A stretch of 64,000 nt of DNA, from positions 1 through 64,000 of IMG/VR virus record IMGVR_UViG_3300021400_000491, one strand, 5' to 3'. Every line of letters begins with the position of its first letter. Position 1 is the stretch's first letter. Below are positions 53,501 through 62,225 of the stretch, piece after piece. The notes beneath the pieces are model-generated. The model was not told the origin of the DNA and ran no database searches. It saw only the letters and a list, made by a program, of their open reading frames with translations. Source of the stretch: a virus. Taxonomy: Duplodnaviria > Caudoviricetes. A program made the translations under genes and the position numbers.

Positions 53501-56500
53501 GATATTATTGTCATTCAGAAGGGCAAGGGCGATATTGCCGACTATTGCGACAATAAATATTTTGCCGATAATGAATCTCATGTAATCGGACACGAAACCG
53601 AAGGAAAAGACCGTTTCGGGAAGCCGACAAAGATTGTAAATCTCCCGGAAGGAAAGACAGTTGCAGAAGCAATTTCTATGATTGATACAAAAGCCGTTGA
53701 AGTCAAAGAGATTGCAAAGAATGTCGAAGTAAAGACCGTACAGGCTGATTTGTCAAAACGATTTACAGTTATTGGCAAGTTACAGGTAGGCGCGGAACTT
53801 ACACGCCCGGACGGAGCAAAAGGAAAAATCACATACATTACTGACGGCGGAATGATTGGTTACGAATTCGACAGTAAGACCAATCCGGGCGGAAGAACAA
53901 GCCTTGAAGATTTTACCGTATTGGACGACAAGGAAACCGCCGAAGAAATCAGCCGCAAGCGTAGCGAAGCCATGAAGGGCAACGACAACGCAAAAAAGGC
54001 TTTCCACAAGCAGATTGTAAAGAAAGCTACAAAAGGCGATGTATTCACACCTTCTATCGGTAAGAATATGACAGCGCAGGAATTCAACGCTAAATACTCA
54101 AAGGATATTCCAGAAGCTGACATGAAATTCTGGAAAGTAACCGATTGGGAAGGTAAGGTTGATGTAACAAAACTTACTGATGAAGAGCGTGAGGAACTTG
54201 GCAAAAACAAGAACTTTGTGACCGATGAAAACGGAAACTTTGTAAATGTCGCAAACTATGCAAGCGGAAACATTGTTGAAAAACTCGCAAAACTTGAAGC
54301 CGAAAAAGACCGCATAAGCAAAGAATCTTACGAAGAAAAGAAAGCTATTCTTGAAGCCGTATTGCCTGCAAGAAAAAACATCATGCAGTTTACAATCTCG
54401 CCAAAAGAAAACTTTGCTTTGCAGTTCAAAGACGAGGACGGTATTTCTCTTAAAGACAAATTCCTTGCATATTGCGGATTTAATGAAAACGGAAGAATCG
54501 GCTGGAACTCTCATTGTCCTATTCCAAAGTCAGAGCTTGCGGACGGAATGACAATGCAGGATATTTGGGATTATGTAAATCAGATTCCTGTAAGAACTGA
54601 AAGAACAAGAAACCCAGAGGACGCAGAAACCGCCAAAATGTTTGCGGAACAGAAAAAGAACGCAAGACGCGAAACAACAGAAAGACTTTTCAATAAGTGG
54701 TTGCGCGAACTCCCGGAAAGACAGCAGAACGCCATTGAAGATGAATGGAACGCAAGATTTAACTCACGCGTAAACCCAGATTATAAAAAGATTCCGCTTT
54801 TCGTTGACGGCATGAACACCCACAAGGGGAAGAAGAAATTCGACATGACCGAACAGCAGATTAAAGGCGTTTCTATGCTCTGCAATAAGGGTAATGGTAT
54901 TCTTGCTTATGATGTTGGAGTAGGAAAAACTGTAACAGGTATTGTTGCGACTGTAAATCAGATTCAGACAGGAAAAGCAAAACGCCCGATTATCTGTGTA
55001 CCAAAATCTGTTTACAAGAAATGGATTAAGGAAATTAAGCAGCATTTCCCAAATCAGACAATAAACGAACTCGGAAATTTCAGCGAAAAGGACTTAGGCA
55101 GATTCAAAGATTCTGACGGTAAAGTAAACTTGCCGGAAGGTGCATTGAATGTCTGTACTTACGAAGCATTGCAGAAAGTCACTTTCAAAGAGGAAACTCT
55201 TAACGGTGATTTGCGTGATGATATGCTTGATTCACAGTCGGTATATGATTATGACGAATACGGAAATCTTGTAGAAGATACCCGAAGTGAGCGCGAAAAG
55301 GCACAGGCAGAAGAAAAACTGATGAAAATGCTCGGTATTGCAGCAGAAGCAAAGCCGGGAGCGGTTTATTGGGAAGATTTGGGAATTGACCATATCACAG
55401 TAGACGAGCTGCACAACTTCAAAAATGTTTTCTCAATTCCACGCACTTTTGGTAAATCTGTACGAAGTACGAACGAAAAGAAAACCGATTATTGGGGAAG
55501 AAAGATTAAGGCAGACGACGACCCCGGACAGCTCTCAAACGAATACAGCGGTATGCAGGGAGCGACATCTGGACGCGCTATGAAACTCTTTGCAATTTCA
55601 CAGTTGATTCAGAGAGAAACAAACGGAAGGGGATTCTTCGGACTTTCAGCAACGCCTTTCAATAACTCGCCTGTAGAGATTTACAACATTCTTTCTATGG
55701 TGGCAAGAAACCGCCTCAAAGATTTGGAAATCTACAATTTGCAGGACTTTATGAAGCAGTTTGCAGAAATGAAGCCGGATTGGAAGGTACAGGCAAACGG
55801 TGATGTAGTATCAGCACAGGTTATGAAGAACTTCAAAAACCTTAACGCATTGCAGAATCTTATTACTGAATTCATCGACAAGGTAGACGGTGAAGAAGCC
55901 GGAGTAGTAAGACCATACAAGAGAGTACACAAGCCGGAGCTTGATTTGACACCATTGCAGAAAGCAATCATTAAGGCTGAAACTGACCGCATGGACGGCA
56001 AATTCTCAAAGCCGGGTGACGATAATAAAAACTCTGCTGACGCTCTTATTGCAATGAACAATATGCGAATGGCTACCCTCTCACCGTGTCTGATTGACCC
56101 TAAATTCTGGGCTGATTATGAGGATTACGAGGGCTGGCACAAACCGCAGATGAAGGACATCGTAAAAGAATCGCCTAAGCTGCAATTTGTTTGTGATATG
56201 ACAAGCACACAGTACAAGGCTAGACCGTCAGAAGGACAGGTAATCTATATGCCTCGTGGTGTAGAGCAGTATCATTATGTCAAAGATTATCTTGTTTCTA
56301 AAGGTGTTCCGGCTGACGCTATCGCCTTTATGGATTCAAGCACAAGCCTTGCAGACAAAGAGCGCATTAAGGACGACTTCAACGATGTGGACGGCAAGAT
56401 TAAAATTATTATCGGTTCGGAAACAATCAAGGAAGGTGTTTCACTCAATGGAAACTCTACAACGCTTTATAACACAATGCTTGGCTGGAATCCTACCGAA

Positions 56501-57424
56501 ACAATACAGGTAGAAGGTCGTATCTGGCGACAGAATAACAAACAGGGAATTACTCATATCGTTTATCCGCTTATGAATGATTCCATTGACGCTATGATGT
56601 ACCAGAAGTATGACGAAAAATCTAGCCGCCTTAACGCATTGTGGAGCTATAAGGGCGATTCTCTCAATGTTGAGGACATCAACCCGGAAGAGCTGAAATT
56701 TGAGCTTATCAAAGACCCGAAAAAGCGTGCAAGTATGAAAATCTTGCAGGAGCAGGCAGACTTGAAGAAGCAGCAGAAAATGACGGATGCGCTTTATGAT
56801 ACCATTGCCGAACAAATGAGCCAAAGAAAGAATCTGATAGGTAATACAGAGTATCAGACAAAGCAGATTCCAGAGTATGAAAAATCTGTTGCGAATTATA
56901 CTAACCTCGTGGAAGAAACAGAAAAGAAACTGAAAGCCGCAAAGAAAGCGAAAGAAGATACTTGGAAAATTGAGCGGGATTTGGAGAACTACAAATATTC
57001 TGTAAACTCTTACAAGTCGCAGCTTCGATTGGCAAACAAAGCCATTAAAGAAAATGGCGAATTGATTGCAGCCATTGAAAACTCTTGGAGAAAACAGGGA
57101 GTAGATAACCCGGAAAACATCGAGGAAAAACTTTCTGAAATCTCTGCAAGACGACACGAAATTTCAAACAAGCTCGGAGAAATTGAAGGTAAGTTTGATT
57201 TTTATGTGGCAGAAGCAAAGAAGCAAATTGAGGATGCACAGAGAAAACAGAAGCATTATTCTGTAGCTGACCGCGTAGATTACTATGCAAAGGAAATCGG
57301 AAACGACTTGAAGCCTTTTGAAGAAATCAAAGACCAGATTAAGGCAGACATGGAAAAGAAGCGTAACGGTGGAATTGCAAAAGCGATTATCTATAACGGT
57401 CGCCTGCTGATTCAAAGAGCATAA
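50570..57424 (+). CDS. Giant polyvalent DarB-like protein (DUF2958-like, adenine MTase, SNF2 helicase)
   Basis: LEPSSGIGRF, GNPPY; DVGVGKT, DELHNFKN, QVEGRIWRQ; ATG 50570 after AAGGAG. Confidence 0.9.
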   Translation: MLIINKEKFAEILKSALGSQKGDHDYIYRVPIAEKHSGKSVRRYKYLYAWEQIKKPFEKLAEFFGINEKQVDEMYAKENIQKDFNADKKTFAQHLVEYFSHRKQWDDRFAPKENQQKFNKPVKMATFKENADVLSKDMETPAPENDEPSLFSDKELKKLGAKDKGEWKANPYLMRRIWGMFTGKTIQQQEKQEQAAEKKVADESAKKEEQKKLIAEFAEKHNLDPKKVEAGMKQAFKELDNIGKKTEKKPTKAQLLKDVIKPQLFDLGIIPHSQIEATNTEQIDNVQALLETIATMPKMYEGDHTARLHYFVGGMDYYITELGDDGVGYGYVDNNGDPMTSEWGYVDLKELASAGDMKGLNIDYFFTPKLVGDLIKESGHRELAEEYEDTYGEEEAEMKEKVEDKKPAAPKKVDWYEAFAGSWNTFYPTGTGMKPYINISRKGARGEKIGESKRANSKTDLSGLFDGVNDFVFNTEYIGEKSRQNFIERLADLGFHAQKEYTDEKGNTKYMLMIRDGSKAGLVEMIPNSDYKKKEYTVITHDEAGNETDKQVFSDIDSAQAFMDKQRKALEAGESEAEKHENRSNAMLGNQNAKKFGMPEDVYEIMRNMVSEQVNGQGIKNRQILFEKLYKKDDYFRKKLDMYGGTSNEEITGYKRSDIFNALYDDVTGGEHGEDNSGIGRNGLSAGTSDLRSGTGEGNGNSDVSETESAIDGNEFVQQPRESGIGLGERSSDNGRNGAGSGRVTKATAKQIRAKCLELLATKKDSEMTAEDKALLAQYEGGGGLNEGGQSTKAVLTEFYTPRDVISKVWELVDKYNPNQKKKVLEPSSGIGRFAEGRNEDFTLCELDETSARIAGILHPDSEVKQGAFQKLFMQNNAVTGYKGELYDVAIGNPPYGAYNDLYKGMGEGKHHTRYEEYFIDRSLDTLKDGGILAFVVPSSFLRGKNGKGKEAIAKKGKLLEAWRLPKGTFSSTDVGTDIIVIQKGKGDIADYCDNKYFADNESHVIGHETEGKDRFGKPTKIVNLPEGKTVAEAISMIDTKAVEVKEIAKNVEVKTVQADLSKRFTVIGKLQVGAELTRPDGAKGKITYITDGGMIGYEFDSKTNPGGRTSLEDFTVLDDKETAEEISRKRSEAMKGNDNAKKAFHKQIVKKATKGDVFTPSIGKNMTAQEFNAKYSKDIPEADMKFWKVTDWEGKVDVTKLTDEEREELGKNKNFVTDENGNFVNVANYASGNIVEKLAKLEAEKDRISKESYEEKKAILEAVLPARKNIMQFTISPKENFALQFKDEDGISLKDKFLAYCGFNENGRIGWNSHCPIPKSELADGMTMQDIWDYVNQIPVRTERTRNPEDAETAKMFAEQKKNARRETTERLFNKWLRELPERQQNAIEDEWNARFNSRVNPDYKKIPLFVDGMNTHKGKKKFDMTEQQIKGVSMLCNKGNGILAYDVGVGKTVTGIVATVNQIQTGKAKRPIICVPKSVYKKWIKEIKQHFPNQTINELGNFSEKDLGRFKDSDGKVNLPEGALNVCTYEALQKVTFKEETLNGDLRDDMLDSQSVYDYDEYGNLVEDTRSEREKAQAEEKLMKMLGIAAEAKPGAVYWEDLGIDHITVDELHNFKNVFSIPRTFGKSVRSTNEKKTDYWGRKIKADDDPGQLSNEYSGMQGATSGRAMKLFAISQLIQRETNGRGFFGLSATPFNNSPVEIYNILSMVARNRLKDLEIYNLQDFMKQFAEMKPDWKVQANGDVVSAQVMKNFKNLNALQNLITEFIDKVDGEEAGVVRPYKRVHKPELDLTPLQKAIIKAETDRMDGKFSKPGDDNKNSADALIAMNNMRMATLSPCLIDPKFWADYEDYEGWHKPQMKDIVKESPKLQFVCDMTSTQYKARPSEGQVIYMPRGVEQYHYVKDYLVSKGVPADAIAFMDSSTSLADKERIKDDFNDVDGKIKIIIGSETIKEGVSLNGNSTTLYNTMLGWNPTETIQVEGRIWRQNNKQGITHIVYPLMNDSIDAMMYQKYDEKSSRLNALWSYKGDSLNVEDINPEELKFELIKDPKKRASMKILQEQADLKKQQKMTDALYDTIAEQMSQRKNLIGNTEYQTKQIPEYEKSVANYTNLVEETEKKLKAAKKAKEDTWKIERDLENYKYSVNSYKSQLRLANKAIKENGELIAAIENSWRKQGVDNPENIEEKLSEISARRHEISNKLGEIEGKFDFYVAEAKKQIEDAQRKQKHYSVADRVDYYAKEIGNDLKPFEEIKDQIKADMEKKRNGGIAKAIIYNGRLLIQRA

Positions 57425-57542
57425 TTGCAAAAACGGCTGTTATGCCTTATAATGCAATTAAAATATTTATTCTTGGTAGTTATGCAGAAGCAAACGCCGA
57501 TTATTCCATGATTCAATTCTTGGGATAGTCGGCGTTTTTTTT
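57425..57542 (+). terminator. Promoter followed by long intrinsic terminator in a leader
   Basis: TTGCAA(57425)-17-TATAAT; 17-bp stem 57492-57537 plus T tract. Confidence 0.7.
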
Positions 57543-57557
57543 GTTCCGGGGGATTAT

Positions 57558-59795
57558 ATGACAAAACTTGTTTTTAATGCTGAAACACTTGCAAAGTCAA
57601 TTAACAGTGAAAACGGAAACGAGATTGTTTTCGAGGAATACTTTGACATTCAGAAATCAGAAGGGGAGAATCCGAAAGACCCGAAATTTGAGTATTTCAA
57701 AAAAAAGATTCTTGACCATTTGGCAGAATTGGAGAAGAAAGAAAATCACTCCATTGCAAAGGCAATCGACATTGACGAGTGGATTCAGAAAGCAAATTTC
57801 CCGGTCGGAACTGTAAGAACTTGGAACGGTCAGAAGTTCAAGAAAATCACGCCTAAAAAGTGGGCGCGAGTTTATGAAACTGAAAGCAAGGGCGCAAAAC
57901 TTGCCGTTGCTGCATTGAGAAGAAAAGCCGCCGCCTGCAGAAACTCGGAAGAACTTTTACAGCTCTGTTTGGAGAACATGGAGCGATTCAGAGATAACAA
58001 CGGACACCCATTGCCATTCATGCAGGAGTTTTCAGAGTATGTTTCGGGGCTGAATGACGCTCACGAAGGAAAGAAGGGTAAAACCGTTACAGAAGCAAAA
58101 GCAAAAAGTGACAGTACCGCAAATATGCAGACAGGCGAAAAAACACAGGAAGCATTTTCAAAACTTGTGGAAGAAGCCACAAAGGAATGTGAAAAGCACG
58201 AATTAAGCCGGGCAGAAATGCTCAAAAAGCCTATTTCTACAATCCAGAAACACGCCAATTCAAAAGTTGAAGATTTTGAGGGCGGTATTGATGATTTTAT
58301 CGACTATATGAGAAAAGGACAGCCGAATATCTCAATGCAGGAAGTGGGAAAGGAATTTGCAAAACTCATAAATCACAATATCGCAAGAAAGATTTTTGAA
58401 GATTACGACAAAGGCTATTACACAATCGGAGCAGACGGAATACTTGAAGAAGCAAGCAAGACAAAACCGAATGAAGAGCCAAAAAAGACAGAACCTAAGC
58501 AGGATAACGAGCCGCCGAAAACCGACAATGAGCCGAAGAAAAAAGGCATTGAATCTATCCGGGAGAAATATCAATCTTCTTTATCCGTTGAAGGTGATGA
58601 AGATGAAATCTATGTTGGTAAGGAAGCAATACAAGGAAAGTGGAAACTTGTAGAAGCTGACGCACCTAGCGCAAGCCATGATGAAATCACTTTCCACAAG
58701 ACAGAAGGATTCCCGACCGCAAAAGACGGTAGCACGGTAAACGATAGAGATTATGAGCATGACACGGCGGCACAGGAAACCGTAATTGACATTGCTTCTG
58801 ATTTTGACGGCAGGGCTTTAGGCTTTGATTCTCCAATCGTTGTTACACAGGACGGCGTTGTTACATCTGGAAATAACCGCACAATGTCTAGCAAGATTGC
58901 CGCAAGAAAGGGAACTGATACAAAGTACATTGAAGCATTGAAGAAACGCGCTAAAAAGTTCGGTTTCTCTGCTGATGATGTGGCAAAGTTCAAGCACCCT
59001 CGTGTAGTTTTTGAAACAGAGCATACAGGCGACTACACAACAAGCGAATTCGCAAAATACAACGAATCGGGTAAAAAGGCTATGAATCCTGTTGAAAAAG
59101 CCGTAAAAGTTTCAAAGATGATTCAGCCGCAGACCATTGAAGATGTAGCAAGTATTATCGGCGAATTTGACACTATGGGCGATTTGTACGCTGATAAAAA
59201 AGCAAGTCAGAGTATTTTTAATACGCTTATTCAGTCAAACATCATTCAGAAAACAGACCTTCCGCAGTATTACAGTGACAACACAGTAACAGCATCCGGC
59301 AAGGAGTTTCTGGAAACTGTATTGATTGGTAGCGTTATCAACGAAACAAACATCAGAAACTTAAACACAGAGGGCGGACGCTCTATCAGACAGAAACTTG
59401 TAAGGGCAATTACTCCATTGATTGAAAACAAGGGAATGAAAGGTTATTCAATCAACAAGGAACTGAACGAAGCCGTAAGTATTGCCGTTGAGGTTACGCA
59501 CCATAAAGACCAATTCCCGAATGTGGAAGCATTTTCTAAGCAGCAGGATATGTTTAGAAAACTTGACCCTGTTTCAATCGAACTTGCAAAAAAACTTGAA
59601 GGAACGCAGAAAGGCTTTGCGGAATTCATGCTTGATATGAACGGCGGATTAAGACCAGCCGCAAACGGTGAGGTTGATATTTTCTTGGGCGAATGTGAGA
59701 GCAAAGAAGATATTGTAAACCGTGTATTGAACATCAAGAAGACTGTAGAAAAGGCATTAAGCCGATTCTTTAGGATTTTTGGAACAACAATGTAA
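57558..59795 (+). CDS. Polyvalent head-associated protein with DdrB-like ParB domain
   Basis: VNDRDYE, SPIVV..DG.V.SGNNRTM; N-terminal FPVGTVRTWNG..K...KW. Confidence 0.7.
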   Translation: MTKLVFNAETLAKSINSENGNEIVFEEYFDIQKSEGENPKDPKFEYFKKKILDHLAELEKKENHSIAKAIDIDEWIQKANFPVGTVRTWNGQKFKKITPKKWARVYETESKGAKLAVAALRRKAAACRNSEELLQLCLENMERFRDNNGHPLPFMQEFSEYVSGLNDAHEGKKGKTVTEAKAKSDSTANMQTGEKTQEAFSKLVEEATKECEKHELSRAEMLKKPISTIQKHANSKVEDFEGGIDDFIDYMRKGQPNISMQEVGKEFAKLINHNIARKIFEDYDKGYYTIGADGILEEASKTKPNEEPKKTEPKQDNEPPKTDNEPKKKGIESIREKYQSSLSVEGDEDEIYVGKEAIQGKWKLVEADAPSASHDEITFHKTEGFPTAKDGSTVNDRDYEHDTAAQETVIDIASDFDGRALGFDSPIVVTQDGVVTSGNNRTMSSKIAARKGTDTKYIEALKKRAKKFGFSADDVAKFKHPRVVFETEHTGDYTTSEFAKYNESGKKAMNPVEKAVKVSKMIQPQTIEDVASIIGEFDTMGDLYADKKASQSIFNTLIQSNIIQKTDLPQYYSDNTVTASGKEFLETVLIGSVINETNIRNLNTEGGRSIRQKLVRAITPLIENKGMKGYSINKELNEAVSIAVEVTHHKDQFPNVEAFSKQQDMFRKLDPVSIELAKKLEGTQKGFAEFMLDMNGGLRPAANGEVDIFLGECESKEDIVNRVLNIKKTVEKALSRFFRIFGTTM

Positions 59796-59822
59796 TTAAG
59801 GCAAGGAAGGAGATATAGCAAT

Positions 59823-61127
59823 ATGAATCTTGTTGTAAACATGGCGAAATTGAAACAGGCGGGATTTGGTGACATTATTGAAAAGGCACAGAAAAAGAAC
59901 TTTTCCGTATGGCACACAAAGAACGGAGATATACCGATGAAAAAAGTCGGTGAAAAATGGGTGCCTGCAAATGTCGGACAGGGAAATTCTGCTGATACAG
60001 AAATCCAGAAGCGCAAGCGCGTAGCAGATATTAAGGCAATGACAAAACGCGGTGACATGATTCGCTTTGAAAGAGAGAAGAAACTTATTGACGGTATGGT
60101 TGTCGCAAAAGGTGACGATGGCGTAACAGCAAAGAAAGAAGCGTTTGCTTATCAAGTGCCTTATGAAAACATCAAACAGAATTTGACCAAAGAGGGAACA
60201 ATAAGCCCGGAAAACTTCAACGCTGCTGATTATCGCAATAAATATCAAGATTCAAAAATTGCCGAATTGGAAAAAGCAAGTAAGGGCGCAGGTGTAAAAT
60301 ACTTCCTTGACAAATACCTTCCGGGAGCAGAAGGAAAGGAAATGTCAAAGAAAGCTGATGAAACCGAATTAAGGGTAAAAAATCAGATTGCAACAGACGG
60401 ACAGACAATCGACAATTTCAGAATTTCCGGCGAAGGTGTAGACGCTGTTTATTCAGATGAAAGAGCCGCCTTGCATGAGAAAATAATGGACTATTATTTC
60501 TCACCAGATAAGATTGCAAAAGCAAAACCGAAGCCCGGACAGAAGCCAATGCTCGTAATGCTCGGTGGAAGAGCGGGCGCGGGTAAATCATGGTTCACAA
60601 ATACAGAAGAAGGTGGCTTATACAATCCCGAAGAGTTTATTGTTTTGGACGCAGACGCAATCAAGAGCGGAGTATATGACAAGAACGGTAAAGAATTGTG
60701 TCCACCGCTTCCAGAATACGAAGGTTGGAACGCTGGAACAGTTCACGAAGAATCATCTGACTTAAACAAAAAACTCATTGATATGGCTATGAAAATGGGG
60801 CTGAATGTCATTATTGACGGCACTATGAACAGCCCTAAGAAATCCGTAAAACAGATACAGGATTTCAAGAAAGCCGGGTATTTCACAAGCTGTGATTATA
60901 TGTTTACGCCAATGCAGGAATCAATGCAAAGAGCCTGCAGCAGATTCAAAACACGAAAGAATGACTATTCGGGGCGTTTTGTTCCGCTCGGTATTATGAC
61001 CGAAATGACACAAAACGAGGACGCTTTTGAAGCTGTAAAAGGCTTGGTAGACAGGTATTCTTTCCGGGATAACTTCAATCAGACAAACGGAATGGCAACA
61101 TTGATTTGTCAAAAAGGAGATTATTAA
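59823..61127 (+). CDS. Zeta-toxin-like P-loop kinase
   Basis: GGRAGAGKS, LDADAIK, VHEESS, IIDGT, GRFVP. Confidence 0.82.
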   Translation: MNLVVNMAKLKQAGFGDIIEKAQKKNFSVWHTKNGDIPMKKVGEKWVPANVGQGNSADTEIQKRKRVADIKAMTKRGDMIRFEREKKLIDGMVVAKGDDGVTAKKEAFAYQVPYENIKQNLTKEGTISPENFNAADYRNKYQDSKIAELEKASKGAGVKYFLDKYLPGAEGKEMSKKADETELRVKNQIATDGQTIDNFRISGEGVDAVYSDERAALHEKIMDYYFSPDKIAKAKPKPGQKPMLVMLGGRAGAGKSWFTNTEEGGLYNPEEFIVLDADAIKSGVYDKNGKELCPPLPEYEGWNAGTVHEESSDLNKKLIDMAMKMGLNVIIDGTMNSPKKSVKQIQDFKKAGYFTSCDYMFTPMQESMQRACSRFKTRKNDYSGRFVPLGIMTEMTQNEDAFEAVKGLVDRYSFRDNFNQTNGMATLICQKGDY

Positions 61128-61197
61128 CACCAAAATTTACTACAAATTGTTGCAATAATGCCGATAGTGTAGTATATTATAAGTGGAGGTAGAGGCT

Positions 61198-61368
61198 ATG
61201 GAAAAGAAAAACGCAAAAGAATTCATGGAAAAGAACTTCCATAATCCCGAATGGTGGGCTTCTGGCGACTATGCTGACGACCCAAACAAAAAACCTTCTA
61301 AACAGCATACAGACCAATTAGAGCGGATTAAAAACCGCGCTAAAGAAGCTGGGGTAAAACTTTCATAA
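61198..61368 (+). CDS. Small hypothetical protein
   Basis: Own promoter TTGCAA(61150)-17-TATATT; RBS GGAGG/GAGG. Confidence 0.6.
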   Translation: MEKKNAKEFMEKNFHNPEWWASGDYADDPNKKPSKQHTDQLERIKNRAKEAGVKLS

Positions 61369-61424
61369 ACGAGATTTTCAAGCCGTGCAGATAATGTACG
61401 GCTTTTATTATCTAGGGGGCTTTT

Positions 61425-61952
61425 ATGAAGATTCATAACGCTATTATCTTTGCTTCAATCAAACATCAGAATCAGAAACGCAAGGGAACGAATCTACCGT
61501 ACATTGTTCACCCTATGGAAGTTATGCAGATTCTCACGGAAAACGGCTGTAGTGAGAATGTAATTGTTGCCGGAATTCTGCATGATACACTTGAAGATAC
61601 TGACACTCGCCCGGAAGAAATTGAAAAAGAATTTGGGAAAGATATTCTTGCGATAGTCCAGACTGAAAGCGAGGATAAATCAAAGACTTGGAAGGAACGA
61701 AAACAGCACACTATTGATTGTCTTAAAACAGATTCACTTGAAACAAAACTTGTTTGTTGTGCTGATAAACTCTCAAATATCCGCAGTATGTATGTTGACT
61801 TTCAGAATTGTGGGGCTGAACTCTGGAAGCGTTTTAATGCAAGTAAAGAAGATATAGGGTGGTATTATCATTCCATTGCAGACAATCTTTCGGGGCTTGA
61901 AGGTTATAAAATGTATGATGAATTGCAAAAATATGTAGGAATACTGTTTTAA
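61425..61952 (+). CDS. HD-domain hydrolase (SpoT/Mesh1-like small alarmone hydrolase)
   Basis: HQNQKRKGT..PYIVHP.EV, AGILHDTLEDT, ADKLSN. Confidence 0.88.
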   Translation: MKIHNAIIFASIKHQNQKRKGTNLPYIVHPMEVMQILTENGCSENVIVAGILHDTLEDTDTRPEEIEKEFGKDILAIVQTESEDKSKTWKERKQHTIDCLKTDSLETKLVCCADKLSNIRSMYVDFQNCGAELWKRFNASKEDIGWYYHSIADNLSGLEGYKMYDELQKYVGILF

Positions 61953-61974
61953 TACTATAAAAAGTATTCAATTC

Positions 61975-62187
61975 TTGACAGCGTATTATTTTACTGATAA
62001 AATAATCATAATTCTTGAAGGGGGAAATCGGGCTTCATGCCCGGCGTAATGAAAGTTACCTAGCCTTTCAAAGAGTTATTAAAATTACAATATTGTGTCG
62101 CCTGTAGGGGCGTGAATAAAAACGATATTCCTTAGAAAAGGCAGTCGGAACACTAAAAAGGTATTAGTGTTTTTGGCTGCTTTTTTT
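61975..62187 (+). promoter_or_regulatory. Head operon promoter with structured leader and terminator (element G)
   Basis: TTGACA(61975)-17-TAAAAT; CGGGC-TTCAT-GCCCG; TGAAAG-TTACCTAGC-CTTTCA; terminator with loop AAAGGTA plus T7. Confidence 0.7.
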
Positions 62188-62225
62188 ATTGCCTTGCGGT
62201 CAGAAGCACTAGGAGCAGGGCAAAA

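Noticed and set aside
57460-57542. Membership of this leader (and the one at 13426-13490) in the kissing-loop family
   Set aside because: At best 6 bp with two G-U pairs here and none at 13447; reported only as promoter-terminator units.
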